From an uncultured Fibrobacteraceae bacterium (lineage in GTDB: Bacteria > Krumholzibacteriota > Krumholzibacteriia > LZORAL124-64-63): DNA of 64,000 nucleotides. Where the stretch lies: the NCBI GenBank assembly GCA_964343835.1, contig CAYFKR010000019.1, forward strand, positions 3,952-67,951. The letters run 5' to 3'. This document shows, one piece after another, positions 19,988 to 31,379 of this stretch. Position 1 is the stretch's first letter, and each line of letters starts with the position of its first letter. The notes under the pieces were generated by a model. It did no database searches. It worked only from the letters and a program-made list of their open reading frames with translations, and was not told the origin of the DNA. A program made the translations under genes and the position numbers.

Positions 19988-21631
19988 ATGACCCAGACCG
20001 CCGGCCTGACCCCCGAAATGCGCGAGATGATGGTCCAGACCATGAAGCAGGTCGTCCAGCGCGACCTGCCCGACGCCGAGCTCCTCGGCCTGGACGAGCG
20101 CGACGAGTTCCCCGCGGAGTTCATCAAGGAGCTCCTGTCGCCCAACGTGGGGCTGCACCTTGTCTTCCTGCCCGAGTCGGTGGGCGGCCTGGGCGGCGGC
20201 GCCCTGGACATCTGCGAGGTCTCCATGGAGATGGCGGCCATGGACCTGGGCGTGGCCACGGCCTTCCTGGCCATCTGCCTGGGCACCGATCCCATCGTCG
20301 TCGGCGGCACCGACGAGCAGAAGGCCCACTGGCTGGGGCGCATCGCCTCAGAGGGCCTGATCGTGGCCTATGGCGTCACCGAGCCCGCCGCCGGCAGCAA
20401 CGTGGCCTCGCTGCAGACCGTCGCCGAGCGCATCTGCGACGACGACGGCAACGTGACCCACTACCGCCTCAACGGCACCAAGCAGTTCATCACCAACGGC
20501 AGCGTGGCCCAGCTCTACACCATCCTGGCCAAGACGCCCGACGGCCCCACGTTCTTCATCGTCGAGAGCGACGCCGAAGGCCTGCAGGCCGGCAAGCACG
20601 AGGACAAGCACGGCATCCGCGCCAGCGATACCGCGGGCGTGATCCTGGAGGACGTGGTCGTGCCCGTGGACCAGCTCATCGGCGGCGTGGAGGGCCAGGG
20701 CCTGAAGCAGGCCAACGAGGTCTTCGGCTACACGCGCCTGATGGTGGGCGCCTTCGGCCTGGGCTGCGGACGCGACGCCATGCGCCGCGCCGTGCGCTAC
20801 GCCGGCGAGCGCATCCAGTTCGGCTCGCCCCTGATCGAGAAGGAAGGCTACGCCGCCAAGCTGCTCAGCTCCCACTGGGTGGACCTGGAGGCAGGCCGCT
20901 CCTACATGGAGGCCGTGGCCGATCGGCTGGACTCGGGGGAGAAGGATCTGCAGGTGGAGGGCTCGGTGGCCAAGCTGTGGTGCACCGAGGCCGGCAACCG
21001 CGCCGCCGACGCCGCCATCCAGGCCCTCGGCGGCTACGGCTACGCCCGCGAGTACATGGTGGAGAAGATCCGGCGCGACGTGCGCATCACCACCATCTAC
21101 GAAGGCACCAGCGAGATCCAGCAGTCCATCATCGGGCTCTATCGCTGGAAGGCAACCGTCCGCTCGAAGGGCGGCTTCTACGAGGAGATGGCCGCGAAGG
21201 TCGACGCCGCCCACGCCGCGAACGCGGACCTCTGCGGCGACCTCATGGCCGCCGCCATCCGCGACCTCAACGCCGTCATCCAGCACGTCCACGGCAAGCG
21301 CATCGCCAGCCGGCAGGCCGTGCAGTTCCTGCTGGCGGACATGATGACCGTGTGCGAGGTGGGCGCTGCCTACGTGGAGCGCACCGCCGCCGCGGCCGAC
21401 GCCGCCGCGCAGGCTCCCCTGGTTCGCGCCTTCGTGCGCCGGGCCCTGGCCGACATGCGCCGCGGCGCCGTGCAGTGCGTGATGGGCTACGCCGACGTGG
21501 ACGACGCCGACGCCCTGGCCGAGGCCCGCACCTTCCTGGACGGTCTGGTCACCGCCGACCCCGTGGCCACCGATGCCGGCCGCCTGGCCGACCTGGGCGC
21601 CGTGACCGAGACCCTGAAGGCCATGGCCTGA
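19988..21631 (+). CDS. Acyl-CoA dehydrogenase family protein with a roughly 165-aa C-terminal extension
   Basis: GGAGGAG RBS. YGVTEPAAGSNVASL, FITNG, GYGYAREYMVEKIRRDVRITTIYEGTSEIQ. An additional helical Ala-rich domain follows. Confidence 0.85.
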   Translation: MTQTAGLTPEMREMMVQTMKQVVQRDLPDAELLGLDERDEFPAEFIKELLSPNVGLHLVFLPESVGGLGGGALDICEVSMEMAAMDLGVATAFLAICLGTDPIVVGGTDEQKAHWLGRIASEGLIVAYGVTEPAAGSNVASLQTVAERICDDDGNVTHYRLNGTKQFITNGSVAQLYTILAKTPDGPTFFIVESDAEGLQAGKHEDKHGIRASDTAGVILEDVVVPVDQLIGGVEGQGLKQANEVFGYTRLMVGAFGLGCGRDAMRRAVRYAGERIQFGSPLIEKEGYAAKLLSSHWVDLEAGRSYMEAVADRLDSGEKDLQVEGSVAKLWCTEAGNRAADAAIQALGGYGYAREYMVEKIRRDVRITTIYEGTSEIQQSIIGLYRWKATVRSKGGFYEEMAAKVDAAHAANADLCGDLMAAAIRDLNAVIQHVHGKRIASRQAVQFLLADMMTVCEVGAAYVERTAAAADAAAQAPLVRAFVRRALADMRRGAVQCVMGYADVDDADALAEARTFLDGLVTADPVATDAGRLADLGAVTETLKAMA

Positions 21632-21936
21632 TGACCGTCCCGGCCACGACACGGTCCGATATCGGGGACGGGACGGGCGATTCGCCCGCCCCGTCCGCCG
21701 AGGACCGTTTCGCGGTTTCCCTCCGCCGGCGCGGCCTGGCCGCGCCGGCCCTCCTCTGGGGCGCCGCCCTGCGCCCCCTTTCCTTCGTCGGCGGCCAGAC
21801 CCTGCGGCTCGCCGCCCCCCTCTGGTCCCTCTTCGACGACGGCGACGGGCTGCAGGACGCCGTGGACGTCCTGGAGGACCGCCGCCGGTTCGACCGCTTC
21901 CTTGACCTCCTCGAGAACGGGGAGGCCGCTCCGTGA
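21631..21936 (+). CDS. Hypothetical small protein (P1, 101 aa) with one hydrophobic segment
   Basis: ATG 21631 shares one nt with the ACAD stop. Third-codon positions are almost all G/C, as in neighbouring real genes. I recognise no family. Confidence 0.5.
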   Translation: MTVPATTRSDIGDGTGDSPAPSAEDRFAVSLRRRGLAAPALLWGAALRPLSFVGGQTLRLAAPLWSLFDDGDGLQDAVDVLEDRRRFDRFLDLLENGEAAP

Positions 21937-22742
21937 CCCCCGCAACCGCCACCGTCTGGAACGTCGCCCTGTTCACGGCCCTGCTGCTGGGGCTCGTGGT
22001 CTGGAGCGTGCGTCGAGTCCGTTCGGGGCGGCCGGTGGAGGTCCGTTCCCTGCGCGGCGTCCGGGCCGTCTTCGAGGCCGTGGAGCAGGCCGCCGCGTCC
22101 GGCCGCCCGGTGCTGTTCGTGACCGGCGTGCGCGACCTGGACAACATGCAGACCGTGGCCGGCCTCGCCATCCTCGAACCCGTGGCGCGGACCTGCGCCG
22201 AGCAGGGCGTCGAGCTGCTCGTTCCGGTGAACCGCAGCCTGGTGATGGAGGAGGCCCGCGCGGCCTGCAGGCGCGGTTTCGCCTCGGCGGGGCGCGAACA
22301 CGCCTGGGACGACGACAACGTGACCTACATCTCCGACGACCAGCTGGGGTTCGTGGCCCGGGTCGACGGCATGATCGCCCGGGAGCGGCCGGGCGCCTGC
22401 TTCTTCTTCGGCTTCTTCGCCTCGGAGTCGCTGCTCCTGGCCGAGGGGGGGCGCCAGGTGGGCGCCGTCCAGGTGGCCGGGACCGCCAGCCCGGTGCAGC
22501 TGCCGTTCTTCGTCGCCGCCTGCGACCACACCCTGATGGGCGAGGAGCTCTTCGCCGCCGGGGCCTCCATGTCCGGCGACTCGGCCCTGCTCGGCAGTCT
22601 GCGGGGGCAGGACCTCGGTCGCATGGTGGCGGTGGGCCTGATCCTGGCGGGCACCGTCGTGGCCACCCTGGTCGCCATGGCGCCGTGGCCCTGGGCCGCC
22701 GCCCTCCGCGACGCCCTGGGCGTCCTGCTGGAGACGAGGTGA
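21933..22742 (+). CDS. Hypothetical bitopic membrane protein (P2): N-terminal TM, soluble domain of about 190 aa, C-terminal TM
   Basis: GTGA overlap at 21933. TM segments VWNVALFTALLLGLVVWSV and MVAVGLILAGTVVATLVAMAPW. I recognise no family. Confidence 0.6.
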   Translation: MTPATATVWNVALFTALLLGLVVWSVRRVRSGRPVEVRSLRGVRAVFEAVEQAAASGRPVLFVTGVRDLDNMQTVAGLAILEPVARTCAEQGVELLVPVNRSLVMEEARAACRRGFASAGREHAWDDDNVTYISDDQLGFVARVDGMIARERPGACFFFGFFASESLLLAEGGRQVGAVQVAGTASPVQLPFFVAACDHTLMGEELFAAGASMSGDSALLGSLRGQDLGRMVAVGLILAGTVVATLVAMAPWPWAAALRDALGVLLETR

Positions 22743-22746
22743 GGCC

Positions 22747-23427
22747 GTGAAGCGTCCGACGCCACAGCATCTGCTCGCCGTGGTGGCCGTGGTGCTGCTG
22801 CTGGCAGCCTTCGTGGCCCCGCCCGGGGCCGGGACCTCTGACGGCATCGCAGCCCCCTTCGCGTGGGCCGACCGGCACTTCTCCTCGTGGTTCGGCATCC
22901 TGGCCGTCTTCGCCTTTTTGCTCGGGGGCATCAGCCTGGTGCGGAGCCACGGCAGGCGCGTGCTGGAGCGAGGAGCGGACTGGGGCTACTCCGCCGTGAC
23001 CCTCGTCGCCTTCGCCGTGGTCCTGGTGGTCGGCATGTTCAAGCTGGGAGGCGCGCCCGGCCTGACCGGCGACCCCACCGCCGCCGACAGCTGGCTGACG
23101 AAGGTCTTCGAGGCCGTCCTCAGCCCCCTCCACGCCACCATGTATTCGTTGCTGGCCTTCTACGTGGCCTCGGCGTCGTACCGTGCGTTCCGGGCCCACG
23201 GCGTCGAGACGGCCGTGCTGCTGATCGCGGCCCTGGCCGTGCTGGTCGGACGGTTGCCCGCGGCGGTGATCCCGCTGCGTCTGGAGGACCTGGGCCTGTG
23301 GATCCTGACGGTCCCCAACACGGCGGGGCAGCGTGCGCTGATGATCGGCATCGCCCTGGGTGTGGCGGCCCTCGCCGTGCGCATGGTGATGGGACTGGAG
23401 CGGGGACGGGGAGGGGACGGCTCGTGA
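22747..23427 (+). CDS. Hypothetical polytopic membrane protein (P3, about 6 TM)
   Basis: GTG 22747 lies 4 nt after the P2 stop. There are six hydrophobic stretches, for example WFGILAVFAFLLGGISLV and ALMIGIALGVAALAVRMVMGL. Confidence 0.6.
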   Translation: MKRPTPQHLLAVVAVVLLLAAFVAPPGAGTSDGIAAPFAWADRHFSSWFGILAVFAFLLGGISLVRSHGRRVLERGADWGYSAVTLVAFAVVLVVGMFKLGGAPGLTGDPTAADSWLTKVFEAVLSPLHATMYSLLAFYVASASYRAFRAHGVETAVLLIAALAVLVGRLPAAVIPLRLEDLGLWILTVPNTAGQRALMIGIALGVAALAVRMVMGLERGRGGDGS

Positions 23428-24284
23428 AGACCCGACTCGGAGCCCTGGAGCGGATCGACCGGCGCTGGATCTACCTGATCCTGGCGGCGGCCGTGGTGGC
23501 TGCGGTCCTGGCGCGGCCGGTGTTCCGCGACCGGCCCGGGAAGCTGTCGCAGCCCGTCTTCGACCTCGTGGAATCGCTGCCGCCCGGCACGCCCATGCTG
23601 CTCTCCCTGGACTACTCGCCCAGTTCCGCCCCGGAGCTGGAACCCGTGGCCGAGGCCCTCGCGCGCCACGCCCTGATCCGCGGCCTGCCCCTGTGCACCA
23701 TGTCGCTGTGGCCCACGGGCAACCACATGGCCCAGCGCCTCGCGTCCAACGTCATCGAGCCTGAGTTCCCCGATGCCGTGCAGGGCCGTGACTGGGTCTC
23801 CCTCGGTTTCCAGGCCGGGGGTGAATTGCTGGTGCATGCGCTGGTCGATTCCCTCGGCTCGCGCTACGCCACCGACGTGCGGGGAGTACCGCTGGACTCC
23901 CTGCCGGCCCTGGCGGGCGTCGAGAACCTGGGCGGGTTCGGACTCGTCATGAGCCTTTCGGCCGGTACGCCGGGACTCAAGGAATGGGTCCTGTACGGCG
24001 GGGACGTGGGCGGATTCGCCCTCGCCGGCGCCTGCACCGGCGTCGGGGCGCCCCAGTTCTTCCCGTACTACCCGCGCCAGGTCTTCGGACTGCTGGCGGC
24101 CCTCAAGGGCGGGGCCGAGTACGAGGCCGCCCTGACCGCGCGCTACCCCGACCGCGTGCCGCCGGTGATGCGCGCCACCCGCGGCATGGGCCCCCAGACG
24201 GCGGCCCACCTGGTGATCGTGGCCTTCGTGGTGCTGGGCAACGCCGGTCTGCTGATCCGCCGCCTGAAGGGAGGCGGGTCATGA
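23424..24284 (+). CDS. Hypothetical bitopic membrane protein (P4), same architecture as P2 and a possible distant paralogue
   Basis: GTGA overlap at 23424. TM segments WIYLILAAAVVAAVLA and AAHLVIVAFVVLGNAGLLI. Similarity to P2 is by eye: VFDLVE..GTPMLL, ELEPVAEALA, AGACTGVGAPQFFPYYP. Confidence 0.6.
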   Translation: MKTRLGALERIDRRWIYLILAAAVVAAVLARPVFRDRPGKLSQPVFDLVESLPPGTPMLLSLDYSPSSAPELEPVAEALARHALIRGLPLCTMSLWPTGNHMAQRLASNVIEPEFPDAVQGRDWVSLGFQAGGELLVHALVDSLGSRYATDVRGVPLDSLPALAGVENLGGFGLVMSLSAGTPGLKEWVLYGGDVGGFALAGACTGVGAPQFFPYYPRQVFGLLAALKGGAEYEAALTARYPDRVPPVMRATRGMGPQTAAHLVIVAFVVLGNAGLLIRRLKGGGS

Positions 24285-24976
24285 TCGTCCCCTGCGCCGT
24301 GAGTCACGACCTCGAGATCTGGGTGGGCGCGCTGCTGACGCTGATGGTCTTCTCGTTCCTGTGGCGGGACAATCCCTTCTACAAGTTCGCGGAGCATGTC
24401 TTCGTCGGGGCGTCGGCGGCCTACTGGATGGTCATCGGCTTCTGGACCACGCTCTGGCCGCGGGTGGTGGTGCCCCTGATGCCCGAGGCCCAGCGGGTCG
24501 TCCGACCCGATGCGCCCCTTCCCGAACGCGACCTGACGGCCCTGGTGCCCGCCCTGCTCGGCCTGCTGATGCTCACACGCCTGATTCCGAGGGTGTCGTC
24601 GTGGGCGCGCTGGCCCACGGCCTTCGTGCTGGGGACCACGGCAGGGTACGCCGTCGTCCGCTACGTAAGGTCGGACTTCGTCTTCCAGATCCGTGCGGCG
24701 ATCGGAGAGGGGCTGCTGCTGCGCGCCCCTGACGGAGGCTGGGACGTGGGTGCGTCCCTGTCGGCCGTGGTGATCCTGGCGGGTACCGTGTGCGGCCTGG
24801 TGTACTTCATGAACACCCGTCGCGGGGGCTCGGTGAGCGGGCCTGCCGCGCGCATCGGCCTGCTGGTGCTCATGGTGACCTTCGGCGCCTCGTTCGGCTC
24901 CGCGGTCATGGCCCGCATCAGCCTGCTCGTCGGCCGGCTCCAGATGCTGCTGGGCGATTGGCTCGGCCTGATCTGA
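24281..24976 (+). CDS. Hypothetical polytopic membrane protein (P5, about 6 TM)
   Basis: ATGA overlap at 24281. Hydrophobic stretches include IWVGALLTLMVFSFLW, HVFVGASAAYWMVIGFWTTLW and IGLLVLMVTFGASFGSAVMA. Confidence 0.6.
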   Translation: MIVPCAVSHDLEIWVGALLTLMVFSFLWRDNPFYKFAEHVFVGASAAYWMVIGFWTTLWPRVVVPLMPEAQRVVRPDAPLPERDLTALVPALLGLLMLTRLIPRVSSWARWPTAFVLGTTAGYAVVRYVRSDFVFQIRAAIGEGLLLRAPDGGWDVGASLSAVVILAGTVCGLVYFMNTRRGGSVSGPAARIGLLVLMVTFGASFGSAVMARISLLVGRLQMLLGDWLGLI

Positions 24977-24985
24977 GCAACCGCC

Positions 24986-25015
24986 TTGACGCCCGGCGGT
25001 CCGGTTCCCTAGACT
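24986..25015 (+). promoter_or_regulatory. Candidate sigma70-type promoter for the TPR gene and aroQ
   Basis: TTGACG (24986-24991), 18-nt spacer, TAGACT (25010-25015). Confidence 0.3.
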
Positions 25016-25082
25016 TGTCGATCCGAGCCGGCACGCCTCCGGCCTCCGTCGACGTCAGCACCTCGAGCCCCGGGACCCGCCC

Positions 25083-25796
25083 TTGAATTTCGACCGACAG
25101 ATCCGCTACTTCGAGATGCAGGACCAGCGCGTGCCCGACGCCCGCTTCTGGTTGCCCCTGGCCGACCTCCACCGCCGCAACGGGGACCCCGAGATCGCCC
25201 TGCGCGTGGTGCAGGAGGGCATGGCCGGCCGCGCCGCCGGCGCCGCCGCCCACTGGGTGCTGGCCTGCACCCTGCGCGACCTGGGCCGTCTGGACGAGGC
25301 GCGACGCGAAGCCGCAGCGGTCCTCGAGCTCGACCCCGCCCATCGGGGAGCCCCTGGTCTCCTGGCCCTCGAGGATCCGGTCGTCGAGGCCCCCGAGGTG
25401 ACTCCGGACGATGCGGCCGAGGAGACGGCGCAGGAGCTCGAAGAACCCGCCGCCGCGGAACAGGCAGAGCCGGCTCCCGCCCCGGAGCCCGCACCCCCCG
25501 TGCCCGAGACGACCGCCGCCGGCGAGTCCGGCCGCGGCGTGTTCGTGACCCGCACCCTGGCCGACATCTACCTCTCCCAGGGGCACCAGGACAAGGCCCT
25601 GGACATCCTCTACAAGGTCCTCGAGCAGCATCCGGAGCGGGAGGACATCGTGGCCCAGATCGCCGCCGTGGAGGCGAGCTCCGGCCGCGACGGCGATGCG
25701 GCCCGGCCGGCACGCCGCCCCGACGCGGCCCGCGACGAGGCCAACCGGGAGCGCTTCGACGCCTGGCTCGAGCGCGAGGCCGGGGGAGAGTCGTGA
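25083..25796 (+). CDS. Tetratricopeptide-repeat protein with an acidic Pro/Ala/Glu-rich linker
   Basis: TPR-like helices LPLADLHRRNGDPEIALRVVQEG, LACTLRDLGRLDEARREAAAVLELDP and LADIYLSQGHQDKALDILYKVLEQHP. The start is uncertain (TTG 25083 or ATG 25116). Confidence 0.55.
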   Translation: MNFDRQIRYFEMQDQRVPDARFWLPLADLHRRNGDPEIALRVVQEGMAGRAAGAAAHWVLACTLRDLGRLDEARREAAAVLELDPAHRGAPGLLALEDPVVEAPEVTPDDAAEETAQELEEPAAAEQAEPAPAPEPAPPVPETTAAGESGRGVFVTRTLADIYLSQGHQDKALDILYKVLEQHPEREDIVAQIAAVEASSGRDGDAARPARRPDAARDEANRERFDAWLEREAGGES

Positions 25797-26239
25797 GCCG
25801 GGTCATCCACGTGCTCAACGGGCCCAACCTGGACCGCCTCGGGGTACGCGAGCCGGAGGTCTACGGCTCGACCACCTACGACGACCTGGTCGGCGACCTC
25901 CTGGCCGCAGCCGGGGAGACCGGCGTCGACCTCCACTGCCGACAGACGGCGGGCGAGGGCGAGCTGGTCACCTGGATCCACGAAGCCGACGCCGAGGCTG
26001 ACGGCCTGATCCTCAACGCCGCCGCCTACACCCACACGTCGGTGGCCGTGCGCGACGCCCTGCTGTCGGTCTCGATCCCCGTGATCGAGGTCCACATCTC
26101 CAACCCCCACGCCCGCGAGGACTTCCGCCGCACGAACCTCATTTCCGACACCGTGGCCGCCACGGTCCAGGGGTTCGGTGTCCGCGGCTACCGCATGGCC
26201 CTCCAGGGCCTCCTGGGCCTACTCGACGACGCCGGCTGA
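25793..26239 (+). CDS. aroQ: Type II 3-dehydroquinate dehydratase
   Basis: GTGA overlap. VLNGPNLDRLGVREPEVYG, NAAAYTHTSVAVRDA, EVHISNPHAREDFR. Confidence 0.9.
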   Translation: MSRVIHVLNGPNLDRLGVREPEVYGSTTYDDLVGDLLAAAGETGVDLHCRQTAGEGELVTWIHEADAEADGLILNAAAYTHTSVAVRDALLSVSIPVIEVHISNPHAREDFRRTNLISDTVAATVQGFGVRGYRMALQGLLGLLDDAG

Positions 26240-26255
26240 GGACCCACCGCCCCGA

Positions 26256-26284
26256 TTGCTTTTCCGGAGCCTCCATGTTATCAA
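26256..26284 (+). promoter_or_regulatory. Candidate sigma70-type promoter for efp-accB-accC
   Basis: TTGCTT (26256-26261), 17-nt spacer, TATCAA (26279-26284). Confidence 0.3.
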
Positions 26285-26340
26285 TGGGGGCGATCCAGAC
26301 CACCACACGGCCCCTCGCCGGGCCCACAAGGAGACGAGAG

Positions 26341-26898
26341 TTGGCCGATACCAGCGACTTCCGCACCGGCATGGTGATCAACCACAAGAGCAATCTGTGG
26401 TCCATCGTCGAGTTCCAGCACGTGAAGCCGGGCAAGGGCCCCGCCTTCGTGCGCACCAAGCTCAAGCAGGTCGAGAGCGGCAAGGTGGTCGAGGAGACCT
26501 TCCGCGCCGGGGAGAAGATCGAGGAGATCCGCCTCGAACGGCGCGACTACCAGTTCCTCTACAAGGACGGCGAATTCCTCACCTTCATGAGCATGGAGAC
26601 CTACGAGCAGATCTCCCTGCCCGCCGACACCATGGAGGACCTGACGAAGTACGTGAAGGAGAGCGAGACCGTCAGCATGCTCCTGCGCGACGGCAACCCC
26701 CTGATCGTGGAACCCCCCGTGAACGTGGAACTGACGGTGACCCAGACCGACCCCGGCCTGCGCGGCGACACCGCCCAGGGCGGCACCAAGCCGGCCACCA
26801 TGGAGACCGGCCTGGTGGTCCAGGTTCCGCTGTTCATCGAGGAGGGGGAGGTCCTGAAGATCGACACCCGTACGGGCAAGTACCTGGGCCGCGTCTGA
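26341..26898 (+). CDS. efp: Translation elongation factor P
   Basis: TTG 26341 lies 7 nt after AAGGAG and gives the canonical length of about 185 aa. [36 protein letters not shown]. Confidence 0.9.
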   Translation: MADTSDFRTGMVINHKSNLWSIVEFQHVKPGKGPAFVRTKLKQVESGKVVEETFRAGEKIEEIRLERRDYQFLYKDGEFLTFMSMETYEQISLPADTMEDLTKYVKESETVSMLLRDGNPLIVEPPVNVELTVTQTDPGLRGDTAQGGTKPATMETGLVVQVPLFIEEGEVLKIDTRTGKYLGRV

Positions 26899-26920
26899 GG
26901 CGGCCCCGACGGAAAGGCAC

Positions 26921-27400
26921 ATGATGGACATCGCGAAGGTCCGCGAACTGGTCGAGCTGGTCGAGAACAGCAAGATCGGCGAGCTCGAGATCACGAGCAA
27001 GGACGCCACCATCCGCATCCAGAAGACCGCAGCCACCGAGACCGTCGTGACGGTCCCGGCCGCTGCGGTCGCCGCCGCTCCCGTTCCCGCTCCGGCCGCC
27101 GCGCCGGCGCCCGAGGCCGCTCCCGCGGCCGCCGCGGCTCCGTCGCCCGAGCGGGCCAAGTGGAAGGAGCTGCGGTCGCCCATCGTGGGCACCCTGTACC
27201 GGGCCCCGTCGCCGGAATCCCCGAACTTCGTGAACGTGGGTGACACGGTCACGGTTGGCCAGACCCTCTGCATCATCGAGGCCATGAAGGTGATGAACGA
27301 GATCGAGGCCGAGTTCGCCGGTACGGTGAAGGAGATCCTGGTGGAGAACGGCTCGCCCGTGGAGGCGGAGGCCGTGATCTTCCTGATCGACCCCTCCTGA
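26921..27400 (+). CDS. accB: Acetyl-CoA carboxylase biotin carboxyl carrier protein
   Basis: Ala/Pro linker and the biotinyl-lysine motif [15 protein letters not shown]. Confidence 0.9.
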   Translation: MMDIAKVRELVELVENSKIGELEITSKDATIRIQKTAATETVVTVPAAAVAAAPVPAPAAAPAPEAAPAAAAAPSPERAKWKELRSPIVGTLYRAPSPESPNFVNVGDTVTVGQTLCIIEAMKVMNEIEAEFAGTVKEILVENGSPVEAEAVIFLIDPS

Positions 27401-27419
27401 CCCAGGCCCGCACGCCCCG

Positions 27420-27445
27420 GACGCTCCTCCCCTCGGAGGAGCGTC
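27420..27445 (+). promoter_or_regulatory. Perfect 11-bp hairpin between accB and accC (attenuator, processing or stabiliser candidate, with no U-tract)
   Basis: GACGCTCCTCC (27420-27430), loop CCTC, GGAGGAGCGTC (27435-27445). Confidence 0.4.
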
Positions 27446-27523
27446 TGCCGTGAATCCAACCTCCGCTTGCCTCGGACGCCGGGAACGGGGACAATGGATC
27501 CCCCGATGGCCGACAACAGGGAG

Positions 27524-28892
<1,369 letters not shown>

Positions 28893-28918
<26 letters not shown>

Positions 28919-31379
28919 TTCCCGTCGCAAGCGTCGTCCCGTCTGGGAGTCGCCGCGCCTCGGCGGTCTGCTCCAGACGGCCCTCGGCCTGTGGCTGCTG
29001 CTGTCCCTGACGGGTTCGTCGCCCAGCTGGTGGGGTGCGCTGCAGGACCGCGCCACGGTGGATCTCTTCGCCGCGGACAACCCCGGCGGACCCGTGGGCA
29101 GTCTGGCCGCCTTCGCCCTGCGCCTGGTCTTCGGCGCCGTTTGGGCCTGGGCCGCCGCAGCCTGGCTCACCGCCCGCGGCGTCGGGCAGGTGGCCGCCGG
29201 CAACGCGCCGCTGCTGCCCTGGGCCGACAAGATCCTCCCGCTCTTCGCCGCCTCTGCCGCCTGGCTCGCCCAGCCCGCCGACTGGTTCTCCACCGCCGAG
29301 GCGGCGTCCCTGGGCGGAGCCCCGGCCTTCTACCTGGCCCGGGGCGTCCACGCCCTGTTCGGCCAGGGCGGCGGACTCATCTTCCTGAGCTTCTTCCTGC
29401 TGACGGCCGTCGTGCTGATCTTCCGGCCCTGGCTGGGGCCCGTCGTGGACGCCCTCGGATCGTTCCTGTCGGCCTCGGGCGCAGCCCTGCGCACCCTCGG
29501 CGGCTGGCTGCTGGTCCTGCTGGCCCTGCCCTGGCGCCTGCTCAAGGGGACGGTGGGCGTGTGGCGCGGCGTGGGCGGCGACATGGCACGCCGCCGCGAG
29601 GAGAAGGGCGCGCGCAAGGCGGACAACAAGGCCACGAAAGCCGCGAAGACCAAGGCCGCCGCCGTGGTCGCCGAGGAGGCGCCCGAACCCGCCGTCGATG
29701 AACCGGTCGAGGCCGAGCCGCGTCGCGTCCACAAGCCCAGGCTGGAGGAGACCCCCGCACCGGAGTCCGTCCCGGAACCGGTGGAACCCGTCGCCGACAC
29801 GCCCCCGGTCACCCGCCGCACCAGGGGCGGCGGCAGCGTCTCGACCCTGGTCAAGGGCGAGGGAGGCGACGAGGTCTTCGCCGAGGCAGACGGCGCCCTG
29901 CTCAGCGAGCCCGGCGTGGAGATTCCCCTGCCCGACGTGGACCTGCTCAACGACATCCCCGTCCAGACCGCGACGGTGGACGAGGACGCCCTGCACGCGT
30001 CCGCCGACCTCCTGGAGACCACCCTGAAGTCCTTCGGCGTGGACGGCGCCGTGCGCGACGTGCGCCCGGGGCCCGTGGTCACCACCTTCGAGTACCAGCC
30101 GGCGTCGGGCGTGAAGGTCAACGCCATCGTCCAGCGCACCGACGACCTGGCCCTGGCCATGAAGGCCCGCTCCATCCGCATGGAGGCGCCCATCCCGGGC
30201 AAGGCGGCCGTGGGCATCGAGATCCCCAACCCGGAATCCCAGATCGTGTCCATGAAGGAGGTCTGGAACCTGGCGGAGGACTCCATGGAGGGTCCGTTGT
30301 CGGTGATCCTGGGGCGGGACGTCTTCGGCGACGCCGTGGCCATCGACCTGGCGGCCCAGCCCCACCTTCTGGTGGCGGGTTCCACGGGCAGCGGCAAGAG
30401 CGTGTGCGTGAACGCCATGATCACGTCGCTGCTGCTGCGCTGCGACCCGTCCCTGGTGCGCCTGCTGCTCATCGATCCCAAGATGCTGGAGCTGAACGTC
30501 TACAACGACATCCCGCACCTGCTGCTGCCGGTGGTGACGGACCCCAAGGAGGCCCTGCGCGCCCTGAAGTGGATGGAGGCGCAGATGGACCACCGCTACC
30601 GGCGGCTGGCCAAGCACAGCGTGCGGAACATCGAGGGGTACAACAAGAAGATCGAGGCGGGGAAGATCCTGGACAACGACGGGCAGCCGGTGAAGGAGCC
30701 CATGCCCTACTACGTGTGCGTGGTGGACGAGCTGGCCGACCTCATGGTCCAGCTCGGGCAGGAGATCGAGCTGCCCATCACCCGCATCGCCCAGAAGGCC
30801 CGCGCCGTGGGCATCCACCTGGTGCTGGCCACCCAGCGGCCCAGCGTGGACGTGCTGACCGGCGTGATCAAGGCCAACATCCCCTGCCGGATCGCCTTCC
30901 GGGTGATCCAGAAGAACGACTCGCGCACCATCCTGGACGCCAACGGCGCCGAAAAGCTCCTGGGTCGGGGAGACATGCTCTACCTCCAGCCCGGTCGGGC
31001 CCAGCCCGTGCGCGTCCACGGCGCCTTCGTGGACATCGACGAGGCCGAGGCCGTGGCCGACCACTGGCGCCAGTTCAAGGACACCACCCGTCCCATCACC
31101 CTGGAGGAGGAGCGGGAGGAGTCGACGATCACGGACCTGGAGTCGGACCCGCTGTTCGACCAGGCCCGGGAGATCATCGTGCTCTCCCAGCACGGCTCCA
31201 CCTCCATGCTCCAGCGCAAGCTCCAGGTGGGCTACGCCCGCGCGGGCCGCCTGATGGACCTGCTCGAGCACGCCGGCGTGGTGGGGCCGTTCATCGGCAG
31301 CAAGGCCCGCGAGGTGCTGCTCAAGCCCGACGACCTCCGCGCCCTCGAGGCCGCCGAGGGAGGGGACGACCTGCCGTGA
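28893..31379 (+). CDS. ftsK: DNA translocase FtsK
   Basis: GTG 28893 is the only plausible start and overlaps accC by 26 nt. Basic N-terminus, 4-5 TM segments, Pro/basic linker, Walker [13 protein letters not shown], Walker [10 protein letters not shown], gamma w[27 protein letters not shown]. Confidence 0.9.
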
